Source: Epiperipatus broadwayi (taxonomy: Eukaryota > Animalia > Onychophora). Taken from it: DNA of 64,000 nt. Every line of letters starts with the position of its first letter. The stretch's first letter is position 1. The stretch spans positions 14,136,001 to 14,200,000 of the forward strand of contig JAQFVV010000006.1 of the NCBI GenBank assembly GCA_028023455.1, in the 5' to 3' direction. A program made the position numbers and the translations under genes. Under the pieces are notes generated by a model. The model saw nothing but the letters and a program-made list of their open reading frames with translations, made no database searches and was not told the DNA's origin. Of this stretch, positions 40,373 through 52,560 are shown piece by piece.

Positions 40373-41316
40373 AACTATATTACCAGACTGGTTTTGGGAT
40401 TTTGCATTAATCAGTCCGCATCAGATTTTAAAAGCAGGATCTAATACACTTATACATCTAGAAGCCTCTTTTTTGCTTCTTTATATTGTTCAAATTAATA
40501 GCATGAAATTAAAAAAATACCCTAAGGTTTTGAACTTACATAATTAGTTAACTGTGACATCAGATCTATTATTACACATTTTAGCAATCTCCATTTTATC
40601 GAGCTTACAGTAGACTCTAGAGTGCTTCCCAAAGTGAGTAATACTGCCTTCTAGGGGGGGGGATGACTTGATGATCCATGGGAGTAGTAGTAGTCATGGT
40701 GCAATTAGAGGGTGTTGAATAAAAATAAAATGATTGTTGAAGCCTAAAAAACAAAGATAAAACTTTTAAAAACAATTTGTACATGTTTCGTTTGTTCTGG
40801 AACACAAAATTAAAGTCATATTAATTAATTTATTTTCCCAAATAAACACCCAAAATGTACATAATAACCAGTAAGTGGTCAAATCCAATGCAAAGTCTTA
40901 ACAAGCAAAGGTTGGTATGCATTACGCAATATTGAAAATCCTGCATACATTCTGCCAGAACACTGCGCGTAATAATTTGTTTACAGTATAAGAGTGTAAA
41001 TAAGCAATATATATAAAATCTAATTTAGATTGTTTCCGAATTGTGTGACACCAACCCAACAAGTATTTACAAATTTTATTTTATATTCGATACCATAGAT
41101 TTTTACGACCCCATATTGTTGATACTTCCAATAAACAACAATTTACATGTGTTTTTATAACTATTATACGTTTCTGTGCTATTTAGTGCTTTTTAATAGT
41201 AAAATTGTAACTGGTGCGTGTCGGTGTAATGCAGTTAGAAGTATATAATCAATATATATGGCATCTTTTTTTATTATAATATTACGAAAAATAGGGAAAA
41301 AAATAGGGAATACAAT

Positions 41317-41548
41317 TGTTATGTATTGAGTTACGAGACGTCACAAAAGATTAGCTGCGGGATGAACATTTTCAGTCACAAACTCCGTAATGGCATCAAC
41401 ACGCTTTTTTGGTAGACTTACAATTTACAACTGCTGTAACGAAGGTATGTACAGCCTCATATCAATTATAATAAATGTATTGTATAAATAAATGTTAAGT
41501 GTAAACAACTGATTAGTAATTGTATTAATTTTGGATGTGGACATAACA
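41317..41548 (+). repeat. 5' LTR of Gypsy element
   Basis: TGTTATG...ATAACA; differs from the 3' LTR at 4 positions. Confidence 0.96.
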
Positions 41549-41555
41549 CAAATAT

Positions 41556-41573
41556 TGGCGACGAGGATGAGAT
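41556..41573 (+). promoter_or_regulatory. Primer-binding site complementary to the tRNA-Ser(GCT) 3' end
   Basis: TGGCGACGAGGATGAGAT versus TGGCGACGAGGATGGGAT expected from the eukaryotic tRNA-Ser(GCT) 3' end (17/18, from recall). Confidence 0.85.
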
Positions 41574-41724
41574 TGTTAAATGAACGTGCAAAAACTAACA
41601 AGAGCAACGCTGTATAAAAAATATATACAAGGCAACTAGCATACGTAAACGTGCAATTCGTCTCACTTAAAAAAAAAAAAAAACAACGTTCATAAAATTT
41701 AGATTTGTCAACTTATACCACGTA

Positions 41725-44700
41725 ATGGCTACGATCGGATCTCTCACGTCATTCGACATCGATTCACCACACCTGTGGGATACATATGCGTCGCAAATGG
41801 ATTTTTTTTGCGAAGTGAATAATATAAATTCTGAAGACAGGAAGCATGCAACTCTCCTTGCTGCGTGTGGTTTAAAAACATTAAGAATTCTGCGCTCCCT
41901 TATATCTTCAGCATTGCCACAGGAAAAATCATACCAAGACATCATTAAAATACTAAAACAGTATTTTAACTCACAGCCATCCATCATATACCAGTGCTTT
42001 CAATTTCATCACCATTGGCAATGAGAGGGAGAAAGTGTGAGCACATTCTTGGCAGACCTCCGACATCTGACAGAGGGTTGTGAATTTGGACCTTCACTTA
42101 CAGAACGTCTTTGGGACCAATTCGTCTGTGGACTCTGCGATGAAGCAACACAATGCAAACTGCTAACTGAAGAAAACTTAACCTTGGAAATGGCTGTTCA
42201 GCGTAGCTTAGCTGCAGAGGCAGCATCAATACAGGTGCATGACATCCGTGCCACAAGCTCATCCACAACAACCGTAGACCTTATTCAACGGAACAGACCA
42301 ACAGTTCACCGTAATAATCCTCTGCGGTCACTAACACCCTCTCAAACACCGGCCTGCAAAAGAAACAATGAAAACCCTTGGTCAGGAACCACTGCTTGCG
42401 ATGGATGCAGCGGTCAGCATAACCGAGCAGAATGTCCTTTTAAAAGAACCAAATGCCATTTCTGTCAGAGAATGGGACACCTACAGCATGTTTGCTGGGC
42501 AAAGCAACAAAATACTCCAAGGACACCTAACCAGTGCATGGCAGTGACTGAATTGGAAGACGAAGTTGTAGATCACATCCACGAAGTGCACCACAATGGC
42601 TCGACACGTAAAGCTATTGCACATATATACATGTACGGCAGAGAATGCAAAATGGAGGTTGACTCAGGGTCACAATATTCCATAATGTCATATGATACAT
42701 TCACGGACGTATGTAAGGAACTGATACCTAAATTACAACCAGTTGATATCATACTAAGAGACTTTCAACATCATGCAATAGCATTTAAAGGGCAATGTGT
42801 AGTACCTATACAATATGGGAAGGACACATGCCACTTACGATTGTTGGTAGCAGAGAGCCCATGCACAAGTCTATTGGGCCATGAATGGTTCAGACCTCTG
42901 GGTATTACACTATCAGGAGTTCATAGTATTACTGAACCATCCATCCAAGATGTTATTAGCAAGTATCCACAAGTGTTCAACCCATCAATAGGAACTTATA
43001 AGGAGCCAGCTGTTTCACTGCCAATGGATCCAACTTATCCTCCAATTAGAATGAGAGCCCGGCCATTACCTCTTGCCATGAAAAATAAAGTAGATCTTGC
43101 ATTACAGATACTGCTCCGGGAAGGAATCATTGAGCCAGAGAACAACCCAATATGGACCACACCGGTAGTACCAATCCTCAAGCCTACAGGAGAAGTGAGA
43201 TTATGCGGTGACTACAAGGTGACTGTCAACAAGGCCCTCCAGAATCACCCATACCCGATACCTGCAGTCCACCACCTTTTGGCATCTCTTCCACCTAGCT
43301 CTATTTTCGCAAAAATAGATTTGGCCAAGGCTTATCTTCAACTCCCAGTCGATGAGGCATCAGCAAATATACAAGCCATCATCACTCATCAAGGAGCTTT
43401 TCATGTGAAATGCTTACAATATGGAATCTGTGTGGCACCTGGGATATTTCAATGTGTCATAGACAACTTGCTGGGAGACATCCCTGGAGTTTATCCATAC
43501 TTCGACGATATCTTAATCTGTGCCACATCGAAGAGTGACTTATGTGCAAAATTACACACAGTGTCGGAAAGACTGTCTTGCAGTAGATTGAGGGCAAACA
43601 AGGAAAAATGTGTCTTCGGAGTAAACACTGTGGATTTCCTGGGATACAAAATTGATAATAAGGGCCTCCATCCATCACCAAGAAAAGTGGATGCAATTAG
43701 AAATGCCCAATCCCCAAGGAACAAAAGAGAACTAAAAGCATTTCTAGGACTCTTAAACTTCTACAATAATTTTCTTCCGGGCCGAGCAACCATAGCCGAA
43801 CCCCTACATCGCTTACTACAAACAAACATCACATGGACCTGGACAATGAGTCATGAAAAGACATTTAAAAAACTTAAGGAGGCATTGACCTCTAATAGTG
43901 TATTGGTGCCATTCGATCCTAACCAGGAGGTCCAGCTTACGTGTGATGCTTCACCATATGGAGTGGGGGCTGTGCTAAGTACACGATTGCCCAATGGATC
44001 AACTGCCCCAGTTGCTTTCGCCTCACGCACCTTATCTAAAGCTGAAAGGAACTATGCGCAAATAGACAGGGAAGCTTTGGCGATAATATTCGGAGTTAAA
44101 TGTTTCCATCATTTCCTCTTTGGAATCAAATTCAAAATAAGTACAGATCATCAACCACTGCTAGGCATATTTACTTCAGATAAGCCAACACCCATAATAT
44201 TATCACCCAGAATGCAAAGATGGGCACACACACTAAATGCTTATTCTTTTAAGCTGGAATACAAACCAGGAAGGAAGATTGCAAATGCAGATGCATTGAG
44301 CAGATGCCCACTTCCATCAACCGAAGATGAAGGCCCTAAATTTGGTGGTGTCCTGTTTTTGGAAGAATTGGAGTTTCCCCCTGTGATGGCAGAACAAGTG
44401 GCACAAGCAACATGCAGAGACTTTTTGTTAGCAACTGTAAAAATCTATATTCTCACCACGTGGCCAAACAAAGCCAAAGACATGAAACTGCAACCTTTTT
44501 TTAATAGACGTAATGAACTCTCTACACACAAGAATTGTCTGCTGTGGGGGTCTCGTGTCATCATACCTTCATCACTACAAAAATTCATCCTAAATGAACT
44601 TCACATGGGTCACTCAGGCATCGTAAGAACTAAGGCATTGGCAAGGTCATATGTATGGTGGCCGTCGATGAACCAAGACATAGAACATCTTGTGGGAAAA

Positions 44701-45645
44701 TGCATGCATTGCCAAGTCGTAAGGCATGCATGTCCCCGTGCTCCGACACACCACTGGGAGGCACCATCGACACCATGGTCTCGATTGCACTTGGATTTTG
44801 CAGGACCCATTGATGGACAGATGCTCCTCATTGTTGTGGATGCATACTCAAAGTGGGTAGAGGTGCGGAGAATGCAAACAATGACTTCAAGTGCAACAGT
44901 TGCGGCACTGCGAGAATTATTTTCCACCCACGGTATACCAGAATGTGTGGTATCCGATAACGGACCACAATTCGCATCATCAGAATTCTCAACATTCCTC
45001 ATCAGTAATGGAGTCCGACACGCATGTGTCGCACCCTACCACCCGGCAAGTAATGGTCTTGCAGAGAGGGCTGTACAGTCAATAAAAGAGAGCCTGAGAC
45101 GTGACACACATGGAAATTGGAACCAGCATTTAGCTCGATACCTATTAACTCAACATGTCACACCATCTACAGCCACAGGATTAAGCCCAGCTGAAATGCT
45201 TTTCAACAGACATCTTCGTACATGCTTGGATTTCATACATCCGGATAGAGCCCCACGAGCCACACCAAATACACAGAGAATACGTGAATTTCAACCAGAT
45301 GATGCAGTTTTCGCACAAGCCACCGGTAGGGGCTCCCCTTGGATTTCTGCCACAGTAGAACAGCGAACAGGCCCCTTGTCATATGAAGTTCGGATGGACT
45401 CAGGGGTGCAACACAAGCACATAGATCAATTGCGAGCAAGAGTGACTGTCACTGACCAATCCAGCTCAAACCCGGCAGAGGAACTGATTGATGCTTCAAA
45501 AACACTACCTTTAGCAGCAGCAGAAACCACAGACAACACTAACCCAGCACCTTTCTGCCAACCATCTCCAAAACCATACAAGGAGCACCCTTCACGTCAA
45601 CGTCGATGTCCGGCCTATTTCGAGGCCTACAAAGTCTCATTCTAA
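41725..45645 (+). pseudogene. gag-pol: gag-pol polyprotein (Gag with two CCHC-type knuckles, protease, RT, RNase H, integrase) with one in-frame TGA at 42022-42024
   Basis: ORFs 41725 and 42037 share a frame. Motifs: CDGCSGQH...C and CHFCQRMGH...C; protease VDSGS; RT YFDD; RNase H CDAS; integrase HHCC region, HLDFAG, SDNGPQF, NGLAER. No env. Confidence 0.95.
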
Positions 45646-45656
45646 GGAGGAAGGGG
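45644..45656 (+). promoter_or_regulatory. Polypurine tract
   Basis: AAGGAGGAAGGGG directly abutting the 3' LTR. Confidence 0.92.
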
Positions 45657-45888
45657 TGTTATGTATTGAGTTACAAGACGTCACAAAAGATTAGCTGCGG
45701 GATGAACATTTTCAGTCACAAACTCCGTAATGGCGTCAACACGCTTTTTTGGTAGACTTACAATTTACAACCGCTGTAACGAAGGTACGTACAGCCTCAT
45801 ATCAATTATAATAAATGTATTGTATAAATAAATGTTAAGTGTAAACAACTGATTAGTAATTGTATTAATTTTGGATGTGGACATAACA
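45657..45888 (+). repeat. 3' LTR of Gypsy element
   Basis: Direct repeat of 41317-41548, preceded by the PPT. Confidence 0.96.
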
Positions 45889-46729
45889 ACAATCATAAAA
45901 AAGAATACTGTTATTCATTAATATTTATTCATATTAATCGAATTATTTGTGTTAATTAGTAAATAAGATGTGAGTTAATAAGTAAAAAAAAAATATTTAA
46001 ATGAGAGTAAACTAAATTAAAACTAGAAGCTGATTTTTAATTGCACATTGACGTATTTTTTAAAATTAATTACTTCTTCGTAAATTTAGTTTGATATTTA
46101 ACACTTTAATATCACATAGTGTATATCTACTAATGCGGAGTGAAGAACAAAACCCATTTTAATAGTTCCTCTAGTATTTTAGTTTGATCAGATTTTTTGC
46201 AATATTAAGCAAAAATTATTGTATACCTGTTGTTGTGGACACTATTATAATAACAGAACTATTGTATAAAATTCTGATGCCTGAACGTAAGTGAAAATGT
46301 AGGTAGTAGGTGATATAGTATTGAATGTTTGAACTATGGCTTTATTCAGTTACCTATAAACATATTAAATTGGAAAATGGAAGTAACTGCCTCCCACTGA
46401 GTTATGTAGCGTCAAAAACCAATGAAAAGATAGAATACCATTCTATCTTTAGACTCTGTTGTTATATAAGCTTAGCTTTTAGTTTTGTTTTTAAATTTAT
46501 TCGGTGAAATTTTCTCTATTACTTTAATTTATGTACAGACTAAATATTTTGCAATAACCTTTAATATATTTGAAAGCTAAAGAACCAGTCTTACTTTTAA
46601 TAATCTTTAAACCCTAAGTGAAATATTTGTTTTGATTTGCCAAAAAATATATATCAGATGAAGCTATGAAGCCTTAAAGACTATAATGTCATTCATGTTG
46701 ATAAGAAATATAAGAATTTGTATTATTTT

Positions 46730-47302
46730 TGTCAGAAGTGGACTATTCCAGATTCCTTGCCTGATTGGCTAGCACCCAGTTGCTATCCAAAGGGATTAAA
46801 TCCTTCACTGGAGTTCGTGCACCAAATCCACATGTTTCCAGTAAGGTAGGAAATCTGCCATTAAATAGTCAGCCTTTTGGAAGCAAGGCAGAGAGCAATT
46901 ATGTCCGTTAACCTGAAAAACAGAACATGTTCTCCATCAAATGCTCTGCCATCGGCAAAGATATTTCTCTAATTATTATTGTGAGGTCCACGCAGTGAGG
47001 CAAGTCCACTTATGGACTGGAAACTGCTACGTCCGAATTAGAGCTGACTCAAGGCAACTTAAATACATAGCTGGAACAGTCTTATCAGAGTTCACAAGGC
47101 AGGCTAATCCTTTAGCTAGAAGTGAGTTATATACTCGGCTCGACTATCTCAGCATTCAATAGTATCAACTGTATTTATTCTTGTTTAACTAACGTGTGTA
47201 TATTTTAAGCACTAATAAATTGTACATATTAATTGCTGAGGAGTTATTCTTTTTGTGTCTGTTGTTTGGAAACGAATCTATAAGCCTAACCCAAACATAA
47301 CA
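46730..47302 (+). mobile_element. Solo LTR (573 bp)
   Basis: TGTCAG...ATAACA termini, identical 5-bp flanks ATTTT (46725-46729 and 47303-47307), AATAAA near the 3' end, higher GC than the flanks. Confidence 0.75.
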
Positions 47303-47659
47303 ATTTTAAAGCAAAATTTTTGAGCCAGCCAACATTGGCAAACTCTTCATTAACTTTTTGACTGGTTGTAGTGTTTGTTACATTTATTTAATGACTGCTA
47401 AATCTGTTGATGAAGAACTAATTATTCCCTCAGCTTTTTTTAAGTGAGATAATATGCCTTGCACTTACACAAGCTGGTACCTGATATTAGCAAGAAATTT
47501 GTTTTAAACAAGAATGCAATGTAATGAAAAATTGATGAATGACCCAAGATATTACAGATTTGTTACGTGAATTGCATTTAGTTGTATTTATATACTGGAC
47601 TATTTCCATCATGTAATATAAGTATTAAAGGTCTTTAGAAAAATTTAATTTTACTTAAG

Positions 47660-48130
47660 AAGGGAGAAAACAGATGTGTTTAAGGTAGCAGACCATACAT
47701 GTACCAATGAACATGTCTTCAATTGGGAAAATAGAAAAATATTGGATAAAGAAACAGCACAAAGAAAAAAATTTAAAGAAGCTGATCACATGACAATGGT
47801 GACCAACACCATAAGTCAACCTAGTATGACTATATATAATGTATGGAAAGTACTAATCAATTTTGTCTTAGGAAAAAGTAGAGAAATCAGTAGGAAATGT
47901 CATAGATAAGTATACAGAATTTCTACTAACTGTGGCCTTTGACAGGATGGCTCAGTTGGTTAGAGCATTACCTTAAAATGCAATATTCAAGAATCTAAGG
48001 GTCCAAGTTTGATTTCCATGCTAGTACTGTCATTGGTCAGGCCAGCAACACCTGAAGAAGAGAAGCAAATAGTATCTCTTGAAATATGCGTATACTAACC
48101 TGTGTGCTATTACAACAGTTGAATATATTT
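47660..48130 (+). mobile_element. Second copy of PLE family K (endonuclease C-terminus, 3' region, tRNA-like segment, hammerhead core)
   Basis: KVADHTCTNEHVFNWENRKILDKE aligns with the 12.7-12.85 kb copy, and the downstream 200 bp match 12440-12610 in reverse complement. Confidence 0.85.
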
Positions 48131-48269
48131 GGAGTATTTAAATAAAGTTAAATTTTTTCTAAAAACATTCAATACTTATATTAGATGATGGAAATAACTA
48201 AAACACTATCATTGCAAACTTTCAGGAAAACTTTGTTATGTGAATATTTAAAACAGCCCGGTTTTCTAT

Positions 48270-50703
48270 ACAGCATGGTGAGTCAATTTTGTCAAGAAAT
48301 GAAGCCTTACTTATGCAATTCATAAAAGAAAAAAATATATACCAAGAATTATTATTTGGTAAAAACTTGTGAACTGATATTATAAGAGAATTGATATTTT
48401 ATGCGCTGAAAGAGTTTTTTAAAGGAAAATAAATACCCTGCGTAATATCTTTCTAGTGCTACTGATGGTGATCTAACAATGGTAGATTGCTATGGGGATT
48501 TGCTTGTCTATTTAGAAAAATCAGTTCTAAATATTTTTGCTGTGCATTGTGTCTTCATCATCGACATTTAGTTGCCAAAGATCTAACTGAATACCAAACA
48601 TGGTTCAATATATTACATCAATAAAGCAATCAACAAAATCAGAAACAATTTATTGAAAATGACATTGTTTCAACAATCTGGTTTTAGAAATAATTAAGAA
48701 TTCAATCACATACTACTTTATACAGAAGTTAGTTATCAAAAGATACTTGCTTGGAATGGTTTATAAACTCTTTGACTCAGTGATAGAGTTTTTGAAAAGC
48801 AAAGATGACGTTTTATGAGTCAACTTTGTCCAATGAAACACATCTCAACTAGGCAACAAGCTGAATGTAATCAAAACAAAAACATATTTCCACATTTGGG
48901 GCAAAACTTCTGTACAAACAAAGATTAAGATGAGGAAAATTCAGCCAGTTTCCAAATTTATCAACAATAAGGAAATATGATGAAGACAGCTTAACTATTA
49001 TCAATGCTTGGAGGTTTTGCATTCTGACTTCAATTGATGATTTGAAGATATTTTTAAAATGAACATACCTGATTGGATTTTGAACTCTTTTTCAAGTACA
49101 AACACAGAAGAATCTCAAAGTTACATAATGAAATGGTAGAAGTAATAATTAATGTAGAAATTAAAATTCAAAGATGGCTACCAACAAATCTGGTTGATCA
49201 GGTAATTGAAATTAAAAGATGGCTACCAACAAATCTGGCTGAACAGAAAATTGAAATTGAAAGATGGCTACTGATCAAGAAATTAAAATTCAAAGATGGC
49301 TACCAACAGATCTGGCTGATCAGGAAATTGAAATTCAAAGATGGCTACCAACAGATCTGGCTGATCAGGAAATTGAAATTCAAAGATGGCTACCAACAGA
49401 TCTGGCTGATCAGGAAATTGAAATTCAAAGATGGCTACCAACAAATCTGGCTGATCAGGAAATTGAAATTCAAAGATGGCTACCAACAGATCTGGCTGAT
49501 CAGGAAATTGAAATTCAAAGATGGCTACTACAAATCTGGCTGAACAGGAAATTGAAATTCAAAGATGGCTGCCAACAGATCTGGCTGATCAGGAAATTGA
49601 AATTCAAAGATGACTACCAACAAATCTGGCTGATCACGAAATTGAAATTCAAAGATGGCTACCAACAAATCTGGCTGATCACGAAATTGAAATTCAAAGA
49701 TGGCTACCAACAAATCTGGCTGATCAGGAAATTGAAATTCAAAGATGGCTACCAACAAATCTGGCTGAACAGGAAATTGAAATTCAAAGATGGCTACCAA
49801 CAAATCTGGCTGAACAGGAAATTGAAATTCAAAGATGGCTACCAACAAATCTGGCTGATCAGGAAATTAAAATTCAAAGATAGCTACCAACAGATCTGGC
49901 TGCCTACACTGGCATGGATCCTCGAAAACGTTAAGCCGATAAACTTTAATAACAATTTATATATTCTTCTATATTAACAATATTTGAGAAGTAAAACTAT
50001 ATTTATAAAAATATTTGAAATTGTGTTTTCTTCATCATATTTAGTGGAACATGGGTTCAGGGTAGTCAAAAATCTATTAACCAAAAAAAAAAACAATTGC
50101 AATTAGCTTACGGTGATTTAAGAATGTTGTTGACAAAAATAGAACCGAACATTAATAAATTGATAGTAGTGTACCAGGTTTATCCTTCATGTTAATATTA
50201 TTTTTAAGATCATTCATGATTTTTATTTTACTATTATTTATTACTAATGGTTGATTTTAAAAAATAATTTTAAACTTCAAGGTTTCATATATAGTGTAAC
50301 TATATCTTTCTTTAGTATTTTTTAGTATTTCTATATAATATACAAATATGCAAGTAATAATAATTATAAGGCAAAATAAGCATAAAATTTATTAATCTGT
50401 AAAGCCAAGCCTTCAATACACAATATCTTTGTCAAAGCACAACTGATGGGGAGTTAGCAAAATGTATCAGCATTTCTACCTGATTATTGAGATTTGTTTA
50501 AACTTCTTTGCATTATTAATCTCACACTCCTTGTTGATAGCTTAAGGGTTGATTGTTATCATATTCAGAGATAATATATATATAAAAGAATGCAAATTTG
50601 CCATTCCATTTTCCCAATTTGTTCACTTAAAGATCGATTTCCAGGGTGGCAGTATTTTTTTTTTCACAAAGGGACAGTAACCAAATAAATTTGGGAACTT
50701 CTG
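48270..50703 (+). mobile_element. Degenerate hAT (Charlie/Buster-like) transposase relic with 3' TIR
   Basis: ATDG, IFAVHCV, IPDWILN.F, FSSSYLVEHGF, DLRMLLTKIEPNINKL; TTTGGGAACTTCTG at 50690-50703 resembles a hAT terminal repeat. Confidence 0.85.
49157..49902 (+). repeat. 45-bp minisatellite, about 17 units, inside the hAT transposase
   Basis: Unit GAAATTGAAATTCAAAGATGGCTACCAACAGATCTGGCTGATCAG; accounts for the repetitive ORFs at 49073-49977. Confidence 0.97.
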
Positions 50704-51022
50704 CTCTGAAGTCACATGAAGAGAGAAGCGTATGAGAAAGTCATTAAAAAAGTTTCAACTTTCTCCATGCAATAGTGCCACCTAGTGCAATCCATAGCAA
50801 TCACTGGATGCATATTGTATGAAGAAAGTTTCTGTTTTAACAGATCATGTAAGAATAATGAAATGGTGATCATGTGAGAAGAAAGTCATGCGATATTGTT
50901 ATTATAAAGTTAATTATTTATGTTTGAACTTGTATACCAGTTTTCATTTTATTATTCGTGCAACATAGATTTTTTATGTTGTTTTAAATATGTGTATATT
51001 ATATTATATAATTTTTATTTAG

Positions 51023-51158
51023 CTTCGTAACTTTGGTTTTGACAATATTGATGGTTTGGATCCATGTGTTGAAATGTTAAATGTAGCTAAAGATGAAAAT
51101 CTATACAAGAACTATATTATTGATTACATTAATGGAAAACCATCATCTTTGGATGAGA
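51023..51158 (+). CDS. METTL27-like: Coding exon 3 (LRNFGFDNIDGLDPCVEMLNVAKDENLYKNYIIDYINGKPSSLDE)
   Basis: tttttatttag acceptor, GTAAGT donor at 51159, phase 0/1. GF..IDGLD....ML..A corresponds, from recall, to human METTL27 GFLQLHGVDGSPGMLEQA. Confidence 0.9.
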
Positions 51159-52239
51159 GTAAGTATTGTAGATATTTCATAATGTAAATTATATTCCTTT
51201 TCCCTCTAGTTAGTCATGTAAGTAATGAATAATGGATGCAAATGAGAATGGCAACCAAATTGTATGATTGATAATACTGTTGCATTGCGCCATCTAGTTA
51301 TTTCTTCCACTTGTATGATGCTTTCCAAATATCTAGCAAATTTCTTGTTTAATTAAAACATATAGATCACAACTATGGGATTGTCAATTTTCAACTGTGA
51401 TGTGAGCGGACATTTTGCAAAATATCACAGTAAAAAAAGGTGAATGTTCAAGCAATAATAACACATCTCAGTAGTATTGTCAATAGAGAGAATTACTACT
51501 TAAAATATAATCCAAATTTAACTACAAATCGCTATAAGGAAATTTTTGTATTCATGGAAAAAATAAACAGAAGATACACATTAATTATACCAAAATTTGT
51601 ACAACATTCTTATATAATAAACAAATATTTAAAAATTATAGTTAGTATATTTGAGGTACTACTTCATTAACAATTTATAACTCTATAATTGTACTTTATG
51701 CACATGTAATGAAGCTATATAGTGTAGTGTTAATAATCTTAATTAATCATCTGAGTTTATTTGGGAAGTCTTAAGTTTCCATAATCATAGCTCGTTACCA
51801 ATTGAGAAATGCTTGTAATAAAACCCCATGTAAATTTATGCAACGTAACTATAGCATCCATTTTTTGGAAATTCAGAAGCAAGCATCTTTTCTGTTTATA
51901 GCTGTGGGGTGGCTTAATATATAGCAGGCATTTTTGACCTTGTGTTAAGTAAGCATCATTTCTTTTGGTGCAGATAATCTTGGCCATTGTTGGTTGAGAG
52001 GTTTTTCCAGTGGTCCTTTCATGCTCAGCAAATATTGATCCCCCTTCTGTCTTACTTTTAGTTCTGTTGTATAGATATCTGTGTTGTGCCCCTCTAGTGG
52101 CAGTATTACTCTTAGTTTTTCCATACTAGGTTGTGTGGCTGTTATTATGGGGGCATGTAATTTTATCTATGACCGGGGGTCAGTTCAGGAGCGATTTTGT
52201 CTTTTGTATTGTTGATCAATCTATTAGTATATTATTATA

Positions 52240-52560
52240 TTTATATTAACTCATAGAAGTTTATATGTAGATACTGAGTTGAGTTGCAATGAAAGCCTAG
52301 AATTCTCGAAAATTGAAGCTCAGGATTGTTTATGCAATACCTTATGAATGTGAAAGCTGGATACTGAATGATAAAGACTGTTGTGTGGTTTAGTGCTATC
52401 ATGAACAATGGAATCAAGAGATAAATCTTCATAAGCTAAAGCTGAACTTTGTGATGATCTGTTGCTCAAACACCCCAAGCCACACACCACTTGATTATCA
52501 TTCAATAGATGGTCTTTCTCCAGCACTTATGAAATTAGATCTTCAGATTACCAATTACCC
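52240..52560 (-). mobile_element. Decayed LINE RT fragment (L2/CR1-like)
   Basis: LEKDHLLNDNQV.F..G.S followed by a D....AFD.V.H..L-like region. Confidence 0.5.

Larger units (their letters stand above)
41317..45888 (+). mobile_element. Complete Ty3/Gypsy LTR retrotransposon (Mag-like), very recent insertion
   Basis: Two 232-bp TG...CA LTRs, 5-bp TSD ACAAT (41312-41316 and 45889-45893), PBS, PPT and a single gag-pol frame. Confidence 0.97.

Noticed and set aside
42022-42024. Programmed readthrough or selenocysteine at the in-frame TGA
   Set aside because: It lies inside Gag rather than at the gag-pol boundary, and CGA to TGA decay fits the CpG pattern of the whole element.
43457-45439. Antisense and alternate-frame ORFs over pol
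   Set aside because: Shadows of a long GC-richer coding frame, with no independent motifs.
49157-49902. CRISPR-like array or repetitive protein gene
   Set aside because: The units are contiguous with no unique spacers, and the ORFs are a by-product of a 45-bp unit inside a dead transposase.
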